Part shown: piece by piece, positions 10,006 to 17,758 of the stretch | How the letters are laid out: each line of letters starts with the position of its first letter | Numbering within the stretch: position 1 is the first letter of the stretch | From: a virus | Lineage: Duplodnaviria; Heunggongvirae; Uroviricota; Caudoviricetes | Strand: one strand, 5' to 3' | DNA: 25,925 nucleotides | Virus record (IMG/VR): IMGVR_UViG_2917403263_000005 | The notes under the pieces: generated by a model | Seen by the model: only the letters and a program-made list of their open reading frames with translations | Databases searched by the model: none | Told to the model about the DNA's origin: nothing | Translations under genes and position numbers: made by a program

Positions 10006-10199
10006 AGTGGCGAACCTCCTGATTGGATTAGGCTTCGCCCTATGTTGAAGTGATTGTGCCTGACAAACAGCTAAGCGCAGTTGTACCGTTATTCATACAA
10101 AATGAGGGGAAGGCTTCAGAAGCTCACTCCACACTGGCGCTTATAGAGCTGTGTCTGATCATATGTTGATACAAGTACATAACGAATAAGCATGGTTAA

Positions 10200-10222
10200 G
10201 CTCCCAGACCAGAACTGGGAGC
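10200..10222 (-). terminator. hairpin downstream of the acyltransferase cargo gene
   Basis: 8-bp inverted repeat GCTCCCAG / CTGGGAGC with 7-nt loop, 15 nt after the acyltransferase stop. No clean U-tract follows, so weak. Confidence 0.3.
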
Positions 10223-10236
10223 ATGCCATTCACTTG

Positions 10237-11421
10237 TTATTTCTGTATTCTCACTGCCATTCTTTTTTGCACATCAAAAAATTTATTAATCACTCCATTG
10301 CGATTAATAAATGGATATTCTATACCTTTAAAAGTCATATAAGCGATAGTCACAACAATTGGCGACAACATCAGAATTAAATATGCGTATGAATTATCAC
10401 TCAAATTTCGCACATACGCCTTCCCGAGTAAAACATCTAAAGTAAAATATAGAACAATCCCGTGCATTAGATAGATACTATATGATATCTCACCAAAGAC
10501 TCTGGAGATTTTCAACTTTAACACACCAAATAGATCACATCCATTTACGATCAAAATAAATATAGCGCCGATCAATAAAATTGGCAGGTAATCAAACGAG
10601 TGAGGGAAGTAAAACAACGAAAAAACGAAACCTGAAACACACAAAAACGATGTCAATTTCAAAGATGCAACTTTTAAGATTAATTTATTACCTCGTACTG
10701 CTGAAGCTAAAAAGCCACAGGCGAATGGCAGCAAAAAGATGTAATTTAAGTTGAGGTAATTAAACGCATATAAGCTAAATGCAGGGATAACTAGCACAAA
10801 GATATTTTTGGTTCTTCTCAAAGCAAATGCAATGAGCGGTAGAGAAAAATAGAATAACCACTCATACACAAGCGTCCAATAAATACCAGCATATATATAA
10901 CCAGTATCACTAAATCCATTTATATGTGAATTACCATAAGTTGCATATATCATCCATGAAAGAATGGATTCAATTAGTTCACCTGCACTTACATTGAGTT
11001 TCCAGCCTGTTTTATATCCTATGATAAATAATGCAATTAAAAGCGAGAACATATACAGAGGATATATTCTAAAAATTCTTGATTTGTACAACGAGAACCA
11101 ATTTATTTTTTTTGAATCAATTATTTTAGAAAAAAACAAATACCCCGTTATCATAAAGAAAATCATAACGGGTAATTGCCCTGCATTCGCAAATACATGA
11201 CTTGAAGGTAAAGACCATTCATTTGTTTTTATAAAGTGATGCCATATATAAGAGTGATGCAGAAACACTAAGAAGGCCAAATACCCTCTTAATCCATCAA
11301 TATTAACGTTCCTACCTTTACCTTCAATTGGTAGCGGGCTTATTTTATCAAGAAAATACAATATGGCGATAGCTGCAAATATAGCAGCTACTATTAACAT
11401 AGGGCTATTATAAATTAACAT
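10237..11421 (-). CDS. acyltransferase-3 family integral membrane protein (putative O-antigen/LPS O-acyltransferase)
   Basis: 394-aa ORF, ATG at 11421 with AAGG 9 nt upstream. Polytopic hydrophobic protein with the N-terminal AT3 signature NIDGLRGYLAFLVFLHH (DGLRG...H). Two sampled 60-nt lines gave about 32% and 40% G+C, against about 52% in a sampled line of the flanking sheath gene. Confidence 0.8.
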   Translation of the reverse strand: MLIYNSPMLIVAAIFAAIAILYFLDKISPLPIEGKGRNVNIDGLRGYLAFLVFLHHSYIWHHFIKTNEWSLPSSHVFANAGQLPVMIFFMITGYLFFSKIIDSKKINWFSLYKSRIFRIYPLYMFSLLIALFIIGYKTGWKLNVSAGELIESILSWMIYATYGNSHINGFSDTGYIYAGIYWTLVYEWLFYFSLPLIAFALRRTKNIFVLVIPAFSLYAFNYLNLNYIFLLPFACGFLASAVRGNKLILKVASLKLTSFLCVSGFVFSLFYFPHSFDYLPILLIGAIFILIVNGCDLFGVLKLKISRVFGEISYSIYLMHGIVLYFTLDVLLGKAYVRNLSDNSYAYLILMLSPIVVTIAYMTFKGIEYPFINRNGVINKFFDVQKRMAVRIQK

Positions 11422-11640
11422 GTAATTAACCTTAGGATTTTTCAGAAATTTTCACAGCAATATTTTTATATTGTACGCTCACAAATATATCTTTCACAAT
11501 ATAAATGGTCATTACCATCATCAAAAACTGTCCCAGGATTACAGTTCTCCTGAACTCAACCAGGGCGAGAGTATCTCTATCATGTTGATTTGCAACGTGC
11601 CAGTAGCCTGTTTTATCGTGTTTCCAAAATGAGCTGGTTA

Positions 11641-11678
11641 AAAACTGGCAGGCATGAAAATCTACCTGCCAGTTTTTT
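11641..11678. terminator. bidirectional terminator-like hairpin after tail-fibre assembly gene
   Basis: AAAA-CTGGCAGG (11645-11652), 12-nt loop, CCTGCCAG (11665-11672), TTTTTT (11673-11678). Immediately 3' of the tail-fibre assembly stop (11677-11679). Confidence 0.45.
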
Positions 11679-12066
11679 ACAATGCAGGTTTATCAGGCCA
11701 TTCAATGTCCGGAGCAGTAGATGTATCGACAGCTTTCACGTCTTTGACATACTGCATCCACATAATCAACTTTGCTTTATTTTCATCACTAATGGTTCCC
11801 AGAAATAAATCAGTCCGCCAGTCTGCTGTTACGGCATTAGCATCTGCAAGCCGTGATTGTCTTTCCTGTTCAGCATTGTTAACCAGCTCTTCATATGTTT
11901 TTACGGGGGCTGGCGGAGCAATAAATTCACCATCAGCGAAAAGCCAGCCAATGCGCACTCCATCAGCAAGTGGGAACACTTGAAAACCATCCGTAGCCCA
12001 TTCACTCTCCCCATCCCATACCGCAATGTTGACAACAACACCATCTCTCACCATTGCATAATTCAT
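11677..12066 (-). CDS. G: tail fibre assembly chaperone (Tfa / gpG-like)
   Basis: C-terminal block LGTISDENKAKLIMWMQYVKDVKAVDTSTAPDIEWPDKP matches the conserved Tfa C-terminus. Start placed at ATG 12066 (GGAG 9 nt upstream, TAATG overlap with the upstream stop) rather than the ORF-track start at 12081. Confidence 0.8.
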   Translation of the reverse strand: MNYAMVRDGVVVNIAVWDGESEWATDGFQVFPLADGVRIGWLFADGEFIAPPAPVKTYEELVNNAEQERQSRLADANAVTADWRTDLFLGTISDENKAKLIMWMQYVKDVKAVDTSTAPDIEWPDKPAL

Positions 12067-12386
12067 TATGCGTACTCCCATACAATTACAATGCCTGCCA
12101 TCCCTGCACCTCCAGCACGTTGCTGTGTCGCGCCGCCGTAAACACAGGCACCGCCACCACCGCCACCTGGTCCATTAGCATTAATTCCTTCTCCGGCAAT
12201 GGCCTGTGAACCCGCGCCCTCACCCAGAACAGAACTGCCACCAGGTCCTCCCATTGCCAGCAATCCTGAATAGCGAACACCTGGCATGGTATAGCCACTG
12301 CCACTGCCAAAAATATTCGCCCCCGTGAATCCAGGTGTGTATGCACCAGCAGGCCCTACAACGGCTACATTATTACCCTCTGTCAT
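12066..12386 (-). CDS. glycine-rich tail-fibre C-terminal segment, out of frame with H (likely 3' part of a split tail-fibre gene)
   Basis: 106-aa ORF whose ATG overlaps the H stop (TAATG). Composition (GPGGGGGGACVYGG...) continues the Gly-rich character of the last 80 residues of H. The -1 frame is open across the G10 tract, so one extra G or two fewer would fuse it to H. Confidence 0.6.
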   Translation of the reverse strand: MTEGNNVAVVGPAGAYTPGFTGANIFGSGSGYTMPGVRYSGLLAMGGPGGSSVLGEGAGSQAIAGEGINANGPGGGGGGACVYGGATQQRAGGAGMAGIVIVWEYA

Positions 12387-13771
12387 TACAGCTCCACCCC
12401 CCCCCCTTTTGCGGTAACAACGTCACCAAATGCTGAACTTCCCCCTGTCGCCCCCGGCATTGCACTGGCTCCCGTTCCTCCGTACCCAACGGTAACCGTT
12501 GTTACTACCGGATGGTCTATGCGGGCTTTAACGTATTCTCCCGACATTCCCCCTCCGCCGCAGGCAGCATTGCCCCCTGTACCGACCTGGCATCCGCCGC
12601 CAGCGCCACCACCGCCAACCACTTCAACAATCGCAAACTTTATACCTGCAGTTGGCGTATATGTCCCGGAGGCTTTGAACACCTGACATTTCACCAGTCG
12701 GCCTGTTCCGTCGCCAAGCCCAAGGTATGTGAGAAGACCAGCTACATCCTTTCCACTCAAATTAGTCAGCGTATTATCCAGCGGTTGTTTTCCCGCCAGT
12801 GCATTAAGCATTGTCGTGGCAAAGTTCGGGTCATTCCCCAGCGCCGCCGCCAGTTCGTTCAGCGTATCCAGTGCCGCAGGTGCAGAACCCACTATTGCTG
12901 CAATCGCCGATTTCACAAAAGCCGTGGTGGCAATCTGTGTATTGTTGACCGACTGTGCCGCAGTCGGTGCTGTTGGCGTTCCGGTGAATGCCGGACTCGA
13001 CAGCGGCGCTTTCAGTGCTAACGCATTGTTAATGGTGGTGCTGAATTTCGGATCATTGTTAATGGCTGCGGCTATTTCTTTCAGCGTGTCCAGCGTGGCT
13101 GGCGCACCATTAATAAGAGCCGTCAGTGCCGCCTGAACAAACGCAGTGGTCGCAACCTGCGTGGTATTATTCCCCGCCGCTGGCGTTGGCGCTTTGGGTG
13201 TTCCGGTAAACGTCGGACTTTCTTTGGGTGCATACTGTGAATGCGGGTCCAGTGCGGCAAGATGTTTTGCCATCTGATCATCCGCGTACACCTTCAGCTC
13301 CAGTACCTTATCATCCACATACTTGCGAGTCGCCAGTACTACAGCAGGGTCGATTGTCAGGGTGATATTGTCCGTACTACTGGTAATCAGCACCATACGC
13401 ACGGTCTGGGTACGCCCGCTGCCTTCAGCCAGTTGCGGCTTATAGCTTTCCGGGCAGTTGCCCACGGCAATCAATGCCCCGGATTCATCAAACAGGCCCA
13501 CTTCACGTATCCACCAACCGCCCTCGTTTTCAGGGATCACCTGTTCAGCAATAATCTGGCTGCTGTTCTGCGGGTCGATATAGAGCATATTCAGCGCAGC
13601 CCGGCGTTTCTCATTTACCAGTGCAGTCTGCTTTGCGTCCGGCGTTGGCAATGTCCCGCCGCCATCGCCGACCGCCATATGGGTAATTTTTAAAGGCACA
13701 CCGAGCGCGGCGGCGCTGGCAAGTTTCGCCGCGCCAATATCCGTCAGCAGGGTATAAAATTTTGTGCTCAT
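12386..13771 (-). CDS. H: tail fibre protein H (N-terminal baseplate-binding part plus repeats; apparently truncated at a G10 tract)
   Basis: 461 aa. N-terminus MSTKFYTLLTDIGAAKLASAAALG is P2 gpH-like. Two tandem ~70-aa repeats (SPTFTGTPKAPT...NALALKA and SPAFTGTPTAPT...NALAGKQ) followed by a Gly-rich C-terminus. ATGA overlap with the I stop. Confidence 0.85.
   Translation of the reverse strand: MSTKFYTLLTDIGAAKLASAAALGVPLKITHMAVGDGGGTLPTPDAKQTALVNEKRRAALNMLYIDPQNSSQIIAEQVIPENEGGWWIREVGLFDESGALIAVGNCPESYKPQLAEGSGRTQTVRMVLITSSTDNITLTIDPAVVLATRKYVDDKVLELKVYADDQMAKHLAALDPHSQYAPKESPTFTGTPKAPTPAAGNNTTQVATTAFVQAALTALINGAPATLDTLKEIAAAINNDPKFSTTINNALALKAPLSSPAFTGTPTAPTAAQSVNNTQIATTAFVKSAIAAIVGSAPAALDTLNELAAALGNDPNFATTMLNALAGKQPLDNTLTNLSGKDVAGLLTYLGLGDGTGRLVKCQVFKASGTYTPTAGIKFAIVEVVGGGGAGGGCQVGTGGNAACGGGGMSGEYVKARIDHPVVTTVTVGYGGTGASAMPGATGGSSAFGDVVTAKGGGVEL
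12397..12406 (-). repeat. homopolymeric G10 tract (C10 on plus strand) at the 3' end of tail-fibre gene H
   Basis: Counted directly: plus strand ccaCCCCCCCCCCtttt. On the coding strand it reads GCA AAA GGG GGG GGG GTG GAG CTG TAA. Confidence 0.9.
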
Positions 13772-14373
13772 GGATTCACTCTCATTGTGTCAATAACATG
13801 GATCGCCCCGCCTTCATGCGCGGTGCCGCCAGAAATAATTGTTTCGTTGATATACGGATAGATCGTGATTTCTTCGCCAAGATAGCTGGCGGCCCCCACC
13901 CAATGCGGACCGCTGGTCTGCAGATTGATGGACATGCCGATCATGTGACGGCTACATGGTTTGGCATCGCTTATCAGTCGCTCAAGTTCCAGATAGGTAT
14001 CTTCAGTGATGCCCTGATCCTGCACGCCGATATCCAGGCGAAACGTGCCTGGTGTTTCTCCGGTCTGCCACCACTCAATAATGCGGATCAGAAAGCCGAA
14101 CGGCTCCACCACCCGCCGCACGGCACTGGTGGTTCCTTTGTGCTGATGAATATAAAAAGCATCCTTCACCACCTGGCGTTTGACGCTTTCTGTCCAGCTC
14201 TCGTCCCAGCGATCCACAGAGAACGCCCAGGCGAGATAAGGCAGGAAACTGACCGGACAGGTAGCCGGATCCCACAAGTCACGTAGCGGCACCTGCAAAT
14301 CAGAAATCCCGCTGCAGGTTTGTGCCAGTCGGCGCTCCAGTGGTGTTGAACCCGGTGGCAGCAGACTATTCAT
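13768..14373 (-). CDS. I: baseplate protein I
   Basis: 201 aa; motifs LPYLAWAFSVDRWDE and PGTFRLDIGV match P2 gpI. Confidence 0.85.
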   Translation of the reverse strand: MNSLLPPGSTPLERRLAQTCSGISDLQVPLRDLWDPATCPVSFLPYLAWAFSVDRWDESWTESVKRQVVKDAFYIHQHKGTTSAVRRVVEPFGFLIRIIEWWQTGETPGTFRLDIGVQDQGITEDTYLELERLISDAKPCSRHMIGMSINLQTSGPHWVGAASYLGEEITIYPYINETIISGGTAHEGGAIHVIDTMRVNP

Positions 14374-15274
14374 CCGTTCCTCCGTTGGTTACGCTCCACT
14401 GCGTACATGATGCCGCCTGCGTTTTGTTCAGAACCACATCCGCCAGCGGAGAAGCCAGTTCCACACGCTGCACACCCTCAACATGCAGCGCGGCAAAAAT
14501 GGCACTACGGCGAATATCCCGACCGAGCCGCGTCTGACTGGCAATGTACCTCTGCAGACTGGCTTTTGCCGCTGCCATTACCGGCTCTGCTTCCGGTCCC
14601 GGATAGAGAAAAATGGTGGCATCCACCCGGTACGGGATGATTTCTGCGCTGCGAACCGTCAGACGGTCAGCCACCGGGCGGACGTTCTCACTGTTCAGGG
14701 CTTTTTCCACCACGTCCAGCAGGTCTTTTTCTGCTGTTCCGTCGCCTTCGCGGCTAAGGACAGTCAGCACCACCTCTGCAGGTGCCGGACTGGTTGCACT
14801 GGCATCCGCCACCCGACCGTCGGCGCTTCGTGCATGAAATTCATAAGCGGCAGTTGGCCCCGCAACTGAAAGTCCTTCAAAGGCTGCAGGCACACGCAGG
14901 CGTAACGCTTCATCGCTTTCCATCACAGCCGCAACGGGCGGTACAGCGTCATCATCAGCAGGCGTCACCGTCAGGCGTTTCACGTTGTAGTTGGCAGCGA
15001 GCTGGTCCAGATCGCCGCCCATCGCATAAGCCACCATCACCGCCTGCGCGGCTTCGTTAATGCGCTGGCGCAGAAGCAGCTCACGATAAGCGTTCTCCTG
15101 CAACAATTTGGTGACGGGTTCAGATTCCAGTTCCAGCGTGCGGATCACTGCTTCCTGCTCATCTTTCGGATGAAGCGCCACAAATTCTGCCTTGCGTTCG
15201 GCAAGCAGCGTCTCAAAGTCCGACACATCCACAATCTGCGGCGCAGGCAACTGCGAAAGGTCAATCACTGCCAT
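14366..15274 (-). CDS. J: baseplate assembly protein J
   Basis: Matches P2 gpJ (MAVIDLSQLPAPQ...LHVEGVQRVELASPLADVVLN). Start placed at ATG 15274 (AGGAG 8 nt upstream) rather than the ORF-track start at 15313. Confidence 0.85.
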   Translation of the reverse strand: MAVIDLSQLPAPQIVDVSDFETLLAERKAEFVALHPKDEQEAVIRTLELESEPVTKLLQENAYRELLLRQRINEAAQAVMVAYAMGGDLDQLAANYNVKRLTVTPADDDAVPPVAAVMESDEALRLRVPAAFEGLSVAGPTAAYEFHARSADGRVADASATSPAPAEVVLTVLSREGDGTAEKDLLDVVEKALNSENVRPVADRLTVRSAEIIPYRVDATIFLYPGPEAEPVMAAAKASLQRYIASQTRLGRDIRRSAIFAALHVEGVQRVELASPLADVVLNKTQAASCTQWSVTNGGTDE

Positions 15275-15620
15275 TCTCTGCTCCTGTTGATACGGAAAGG
15301 GAAACAGGCACACCGTTATTACGCCGCCCGGTCAGCTCCACCACCATTGAACCGTCAAAATCGCTGTTGATGGTGATGGAATCCAGCGTCAGCCGTGGCT
15401 CCCAGCGACTCAGCGCCACATACACTGCCGACATGACCTGCAGGCGTAACGCCGAATTTTGTGGCTGATCTATCAGTGCCGACAGCAGGGAACCATATTC
15501 CCGGCGGGCAATGCGGCTACCCTGCGGCGTCAGCAGAATGTCCCGCACTGACTGGCGCAGATGGTCAATATCAGTAATGGTCTTGCCCGTTGCGCTGTTC
15601 ATGCCGTAATACATCGTCAT
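15261..15620 (-). CDS. W: baseplate wedge protein W (gp25-like)
   Basis: 119 aa; MTMYYGMNSATGKTITDIDHLRQSVRDILLTPQGSRIARREYGS matches P2 gpW; ATGA overlap with the V stop. Confidence 0.85.
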   Translation of the reverse strand: MTMYYGMNSATGKTITDIDHLRQSVRDILLTPQGSRIARREYGSLLSALIDQPQNSALRLQVMSAVYVALSRWEPRLTLDSITINSDFDGSMVVELTGRRNNGVPVSLSVSTGAENGSD

Positions 15621-16195
15621 ACCGGGCCTCCCGATGTGTCGCCGCCAGACTTCACTTTATTGTGCGCGTGGTCATCCACCACGATCTCGTTGGAACTCAT
15701 CGGGCCGCCGCCCTGAGTCACACCACCGTTGATCACCACCTCACTGTTAATACGGGTGGTGTCGGCTTCCACGATAAACTCCCCGGTTTTGAAGGTGACG
15801 TTATCCACCGCCTCGATCACCATGGATTTAATACCCCGAACGTACCAGCGCCCGATTTCGGGGTCGTACTCAAACCAGCCGCCGTCCGGGTATTCCGTCA
15901 CGTTGCCGTCCTCAGACCTGGACGGCGGCGGAAACTGGTTTGAATAGACGGCAGGCAGGGCAAAGGCGGTTTCCAGATTGCCGCCCAGGCTGAACAGCAC
16001 AACCTGCTCCCCCACAGACGGTTTCCACCAGGTGCGCGAGTTGCCCGCGCGCAGCGTCAGCCAGTTAATCCAGTTGGTTTCAAGCTCACCCGTTTTCACC
16101 CGGCACAGCCAGTTGTCCCGGTCCACTGCCGTTACAGTTCCGGTGCGGATTAGGTTGGTGATAAGGCGCATGATTTCTGTGAGTTGTGCGTTCAT
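15617..16195 (-). CDS. V: baseplate spike/assembly protein V
   Basis: 192 aa; MNAQLTEIMRLITNLIRTGTVTAVD...RSEDGNVTEYPDGG is P2 gpV-like; ATG at 16195. Confidence 0.85.
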   Translation of the reverse strand: MNAQLTEIMRLITNLIRTGTVTAVDRDNWLCRVKTGELETNWINWLTLRAGNSRTWWKPSVGEQVVLFSLGGNLETAFALPAVYSNQFPPPSRSEDGNVTEYPDGGWFEYDPEIGRWYVRGIKSMVIEAVDNVTFKTGEFIVEADTTRINSEVVINGGVTQGGGPMSSNEIVVDDHAHNKVKSGGDTSGGPV

Positions 16196-16251
16196 AGCTA
16201 TAGATTGCCATGAATGATGTATCTAAGAACAAGGTGAGCTTAGTCTGGTCC

Positions 16252-16279
16252 ATGACACAATTAAGAATTACTATATAAA
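16252..16279 (+). promoter_or_regulatory. candidate sigma70 promoter for the V-S cargo gene
   Basis: ATGACA (16252-16257), 16-bp spacer, TATAAA (16274-16279), about 30 nt upstream of ATG 16310. Hexamers read by eye in an AT-rich region, so this is weak. Confidence 0.3.
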
Positions 16280-16309
16280 AATTGTTAACTACTTGGTTGA
16301 GAAACAAAC

Positions 16310-17137
16310 ATGAAAAATAAGAACCAGTATCAGGCTTTACTTAGAGGGAAGGTCGAATCGGCGATTGCTCAAGCCAAAAGTGCTGCAGGATTTTCCCACC
16401 AGGGTGTTAAGGGAGCTGTTCTAGAAATATTATTAAGTCAACTATTTCGACCTCTTTTGCCCGCAGATGTTGGCATTGGCACAGGGCAAATCATTGAACA
16501 GTATTCAGGAAAGTTATCACCTCAAATAGATATTATTATTTACAATAAATCAATACTCCCTCCGATATTAATCGATGGTGCCACAGGGTTATTCCCAATA
16601 GAATCAGTTCTATATACCATTGAGGTAAAAACCACATTAAGCTCATCGGAACTCAGCTCTGCACACTCAAGTGCAAAAGAACTTAATGAGAAATTCGGTT
16701 ACTTACCTGGAATAAAAGATGAATCAGGCAAACTAATCCAACACAAAATAGAGAAACTTCGCTCGGTAATATTCGCTCTAAGTAGCGACTTATCACCAAA
16801 TGGAATTACTGAAGCCGAAAGGTATAAAAAAATATACAAAGAAGACTTTCGTTACGTTACAGCAATTTGCGTTGCAGGTCGTGAGTATAGTTATGAAGAT
16901 CGAGATTGCTGGGTAACAATGCGTAATACTCAAGCGTATGATGAAATCCTTGCATTTATTGGAGGCATAACCAATACATATAAAGGTGTTTCAGAAAGTC
17001 GTGGGACACCATTGCTAGGATATTACATTGTTCCAGAGAATGTCGAACTGAGCCTTACAGCTTGTACCACACTCCCGGAATTGCAAGTTAAGTGCACGCA
17101 ATGCGCTGAAACTAAAAAAAATAATCCCCACCTTTGA
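16310..17137 (+). CDS. uncharacterised PD-(D/E)xK-like nuclease-fold protein with C-terminal CxxC (cargo gene, frame as called)
   Basis: 275-aa ORF on the strand opposite all flanking late genes. Restriction-endonuclease-like motif pattern E39 ... D74 (PQIDIIIY) ... E105-x-K107 (YTIEVKTT). C262-x-x-C265 near the C-terminus. AT-rich: two sampled lines gave about 27% and 38% G+C. I cannot assign it to a named family. Confidence 0.6.
   Translation: MKNKNQYQALLRGKVESAIAQAKSAAGFSHQGVKGAVLEILLSQLFRPLLPADVGIGTGQIIEQYSGKLSPQIDIIIYNKSILPPILIDGATGLFPIESVLYTIEVKTTLSSSELSSAHSSAKELNEKFGYLPGIKDESGKLIQHKIEKLRSVIFALSSDLSPNGITEAERYKKIYKEDFRYVTAICVAGREYSYEDRDCWVTMRNTQAYDEILAFIGGITNTYKGVSESRGTPLLGYYIVPENVELSLTACTTLPELQVKCTQCAETKKNNPHL
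17114..17121 (+). repeat. A8 homopolymer at the point where the cargo ORF changes frame
   Basis: Counted directly: actAAAAAAAAtaat (17114-17121). In frame it reads ACT AAA AAA AAT AAT CCC CAC CTT TGA. Confidence 0.9.
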
Positions 17138-17297
17138 CAACGATGATGAACTAATACTAAAAAACTACACTATTACTGATAACAAGCCTTGTAAATGTGG
17201 TGGGGAATTTAAATCAGAAAAAGGTAATTTCACCATTAAAAATGGTCGACTGAGAGAAATAGAGTACAACGAGCCAGCTCGAATTTACAAAGAGTAA
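17136..17297 (+). other. out-of-frame coding continuation of the cargo gene (+1 frame, no start codon) carrying the second half of a zinc ribbon
   Basis: Open frame ...DNDDELILKNYTITDNKPCKCGGEFKSEKGNFTIKNGRLREIEYNEPARIYKE ending at TAA 17295-17297, 15 nt before the S stop. It has no ATG/GTG/TTG start of its own. Its CKC pairs with the upstream CTQC to give CxxC-x33-CxC. Confidence 0.55.
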
Positions 17298-17311
17298 ATA
17301 TAACGAAGGAA

Positions 17312-17758
17312 TTAAGGCCTTAGCCATTTATAAACGACAGATGCAATTTCATCTTTGTCAGATGAAGTAAAACCTAGTAACAGCCGCTCCGCATAACGTA
17401 CCTCTGGCCCCCGGCGGCTTACACGATCGAGCAGACCGTAATGGTGAACACGGGCAATACGCTGCACCTTGCCTTCAAACTGTACGCTGGCAGAGTCGGC
17501 GCTGGCGGCAGTTTTCAGGTATTTTGTGGTGCGCAGCTTTGCAAACATCTGACGTTTGATGCGCCCCTTTTTACTGCGTGCTGTTACCCGTCGCGGTTCA
17601 TAGCTGCTGCCGTCAGGGTTGCGCTGCATCCTGATATTCTGCTGCTGTGTCCGGCGCAGTTCCTGCGCCAGCTGACGCATCATGCGAATTCTTGCGGCTG
17701 GCTCCAGATTCGCCAGCAAGGCACTCAGCCAGTCGTCCACTTTCTGCAGTTCAGCCAC
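17312..17758 (-). CDS. S: tail completion protein S
   Basis: 148 aa, GTG start; (M)AELQKVDDWLSALLANLEPAARIRMMR resembles the P2 gpS N-terminus; overlaps the R stop. Confidence 0.85.
   Translation of the reverse strand: MAELQKVDDWLSALLANLEPAARIRMMRQLAQELRRTQQQNIRMQRNPDGSSYEPRRVTARSKKGRIKRQMFAKLRTTKYLKTAASADSASVQFEGKVQRIARVHHYGLLDRVSRRGPEVRYAERLLLGFTSSDKDEIASVVYKWLRP

Noticed and set aside
11422-11640. Possible small ORFs or a toxin-antitoxin pair in the AT-rich spacer upstream of the acyltransferase
   Set aside because: Hand translation on both strands gives only ORFs of 14-16 codons; the region is more likely the promoter/leader of the acyltransferase (TTGTGA...TACAAT-like hexamers on the minus strand).
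12086-12346. 86-aa alternative-frame ORF inside the glycine-rich fibre C-terminal fragment
   Set aside because: Same strand but different frame from the 106-aa ORF that is contiguous with the H frame across the G10 tract; the latter explains the region better.
12512-13136. Plus-strand ORFs (169 aa, 135 aa) inside tail fibre H
   Set aside because: Antisense to a gene with a clear P2 gpH N-terminus and repeat structure; Cys/Arg-rich or Ala/Ser-rich translations look non-biological.
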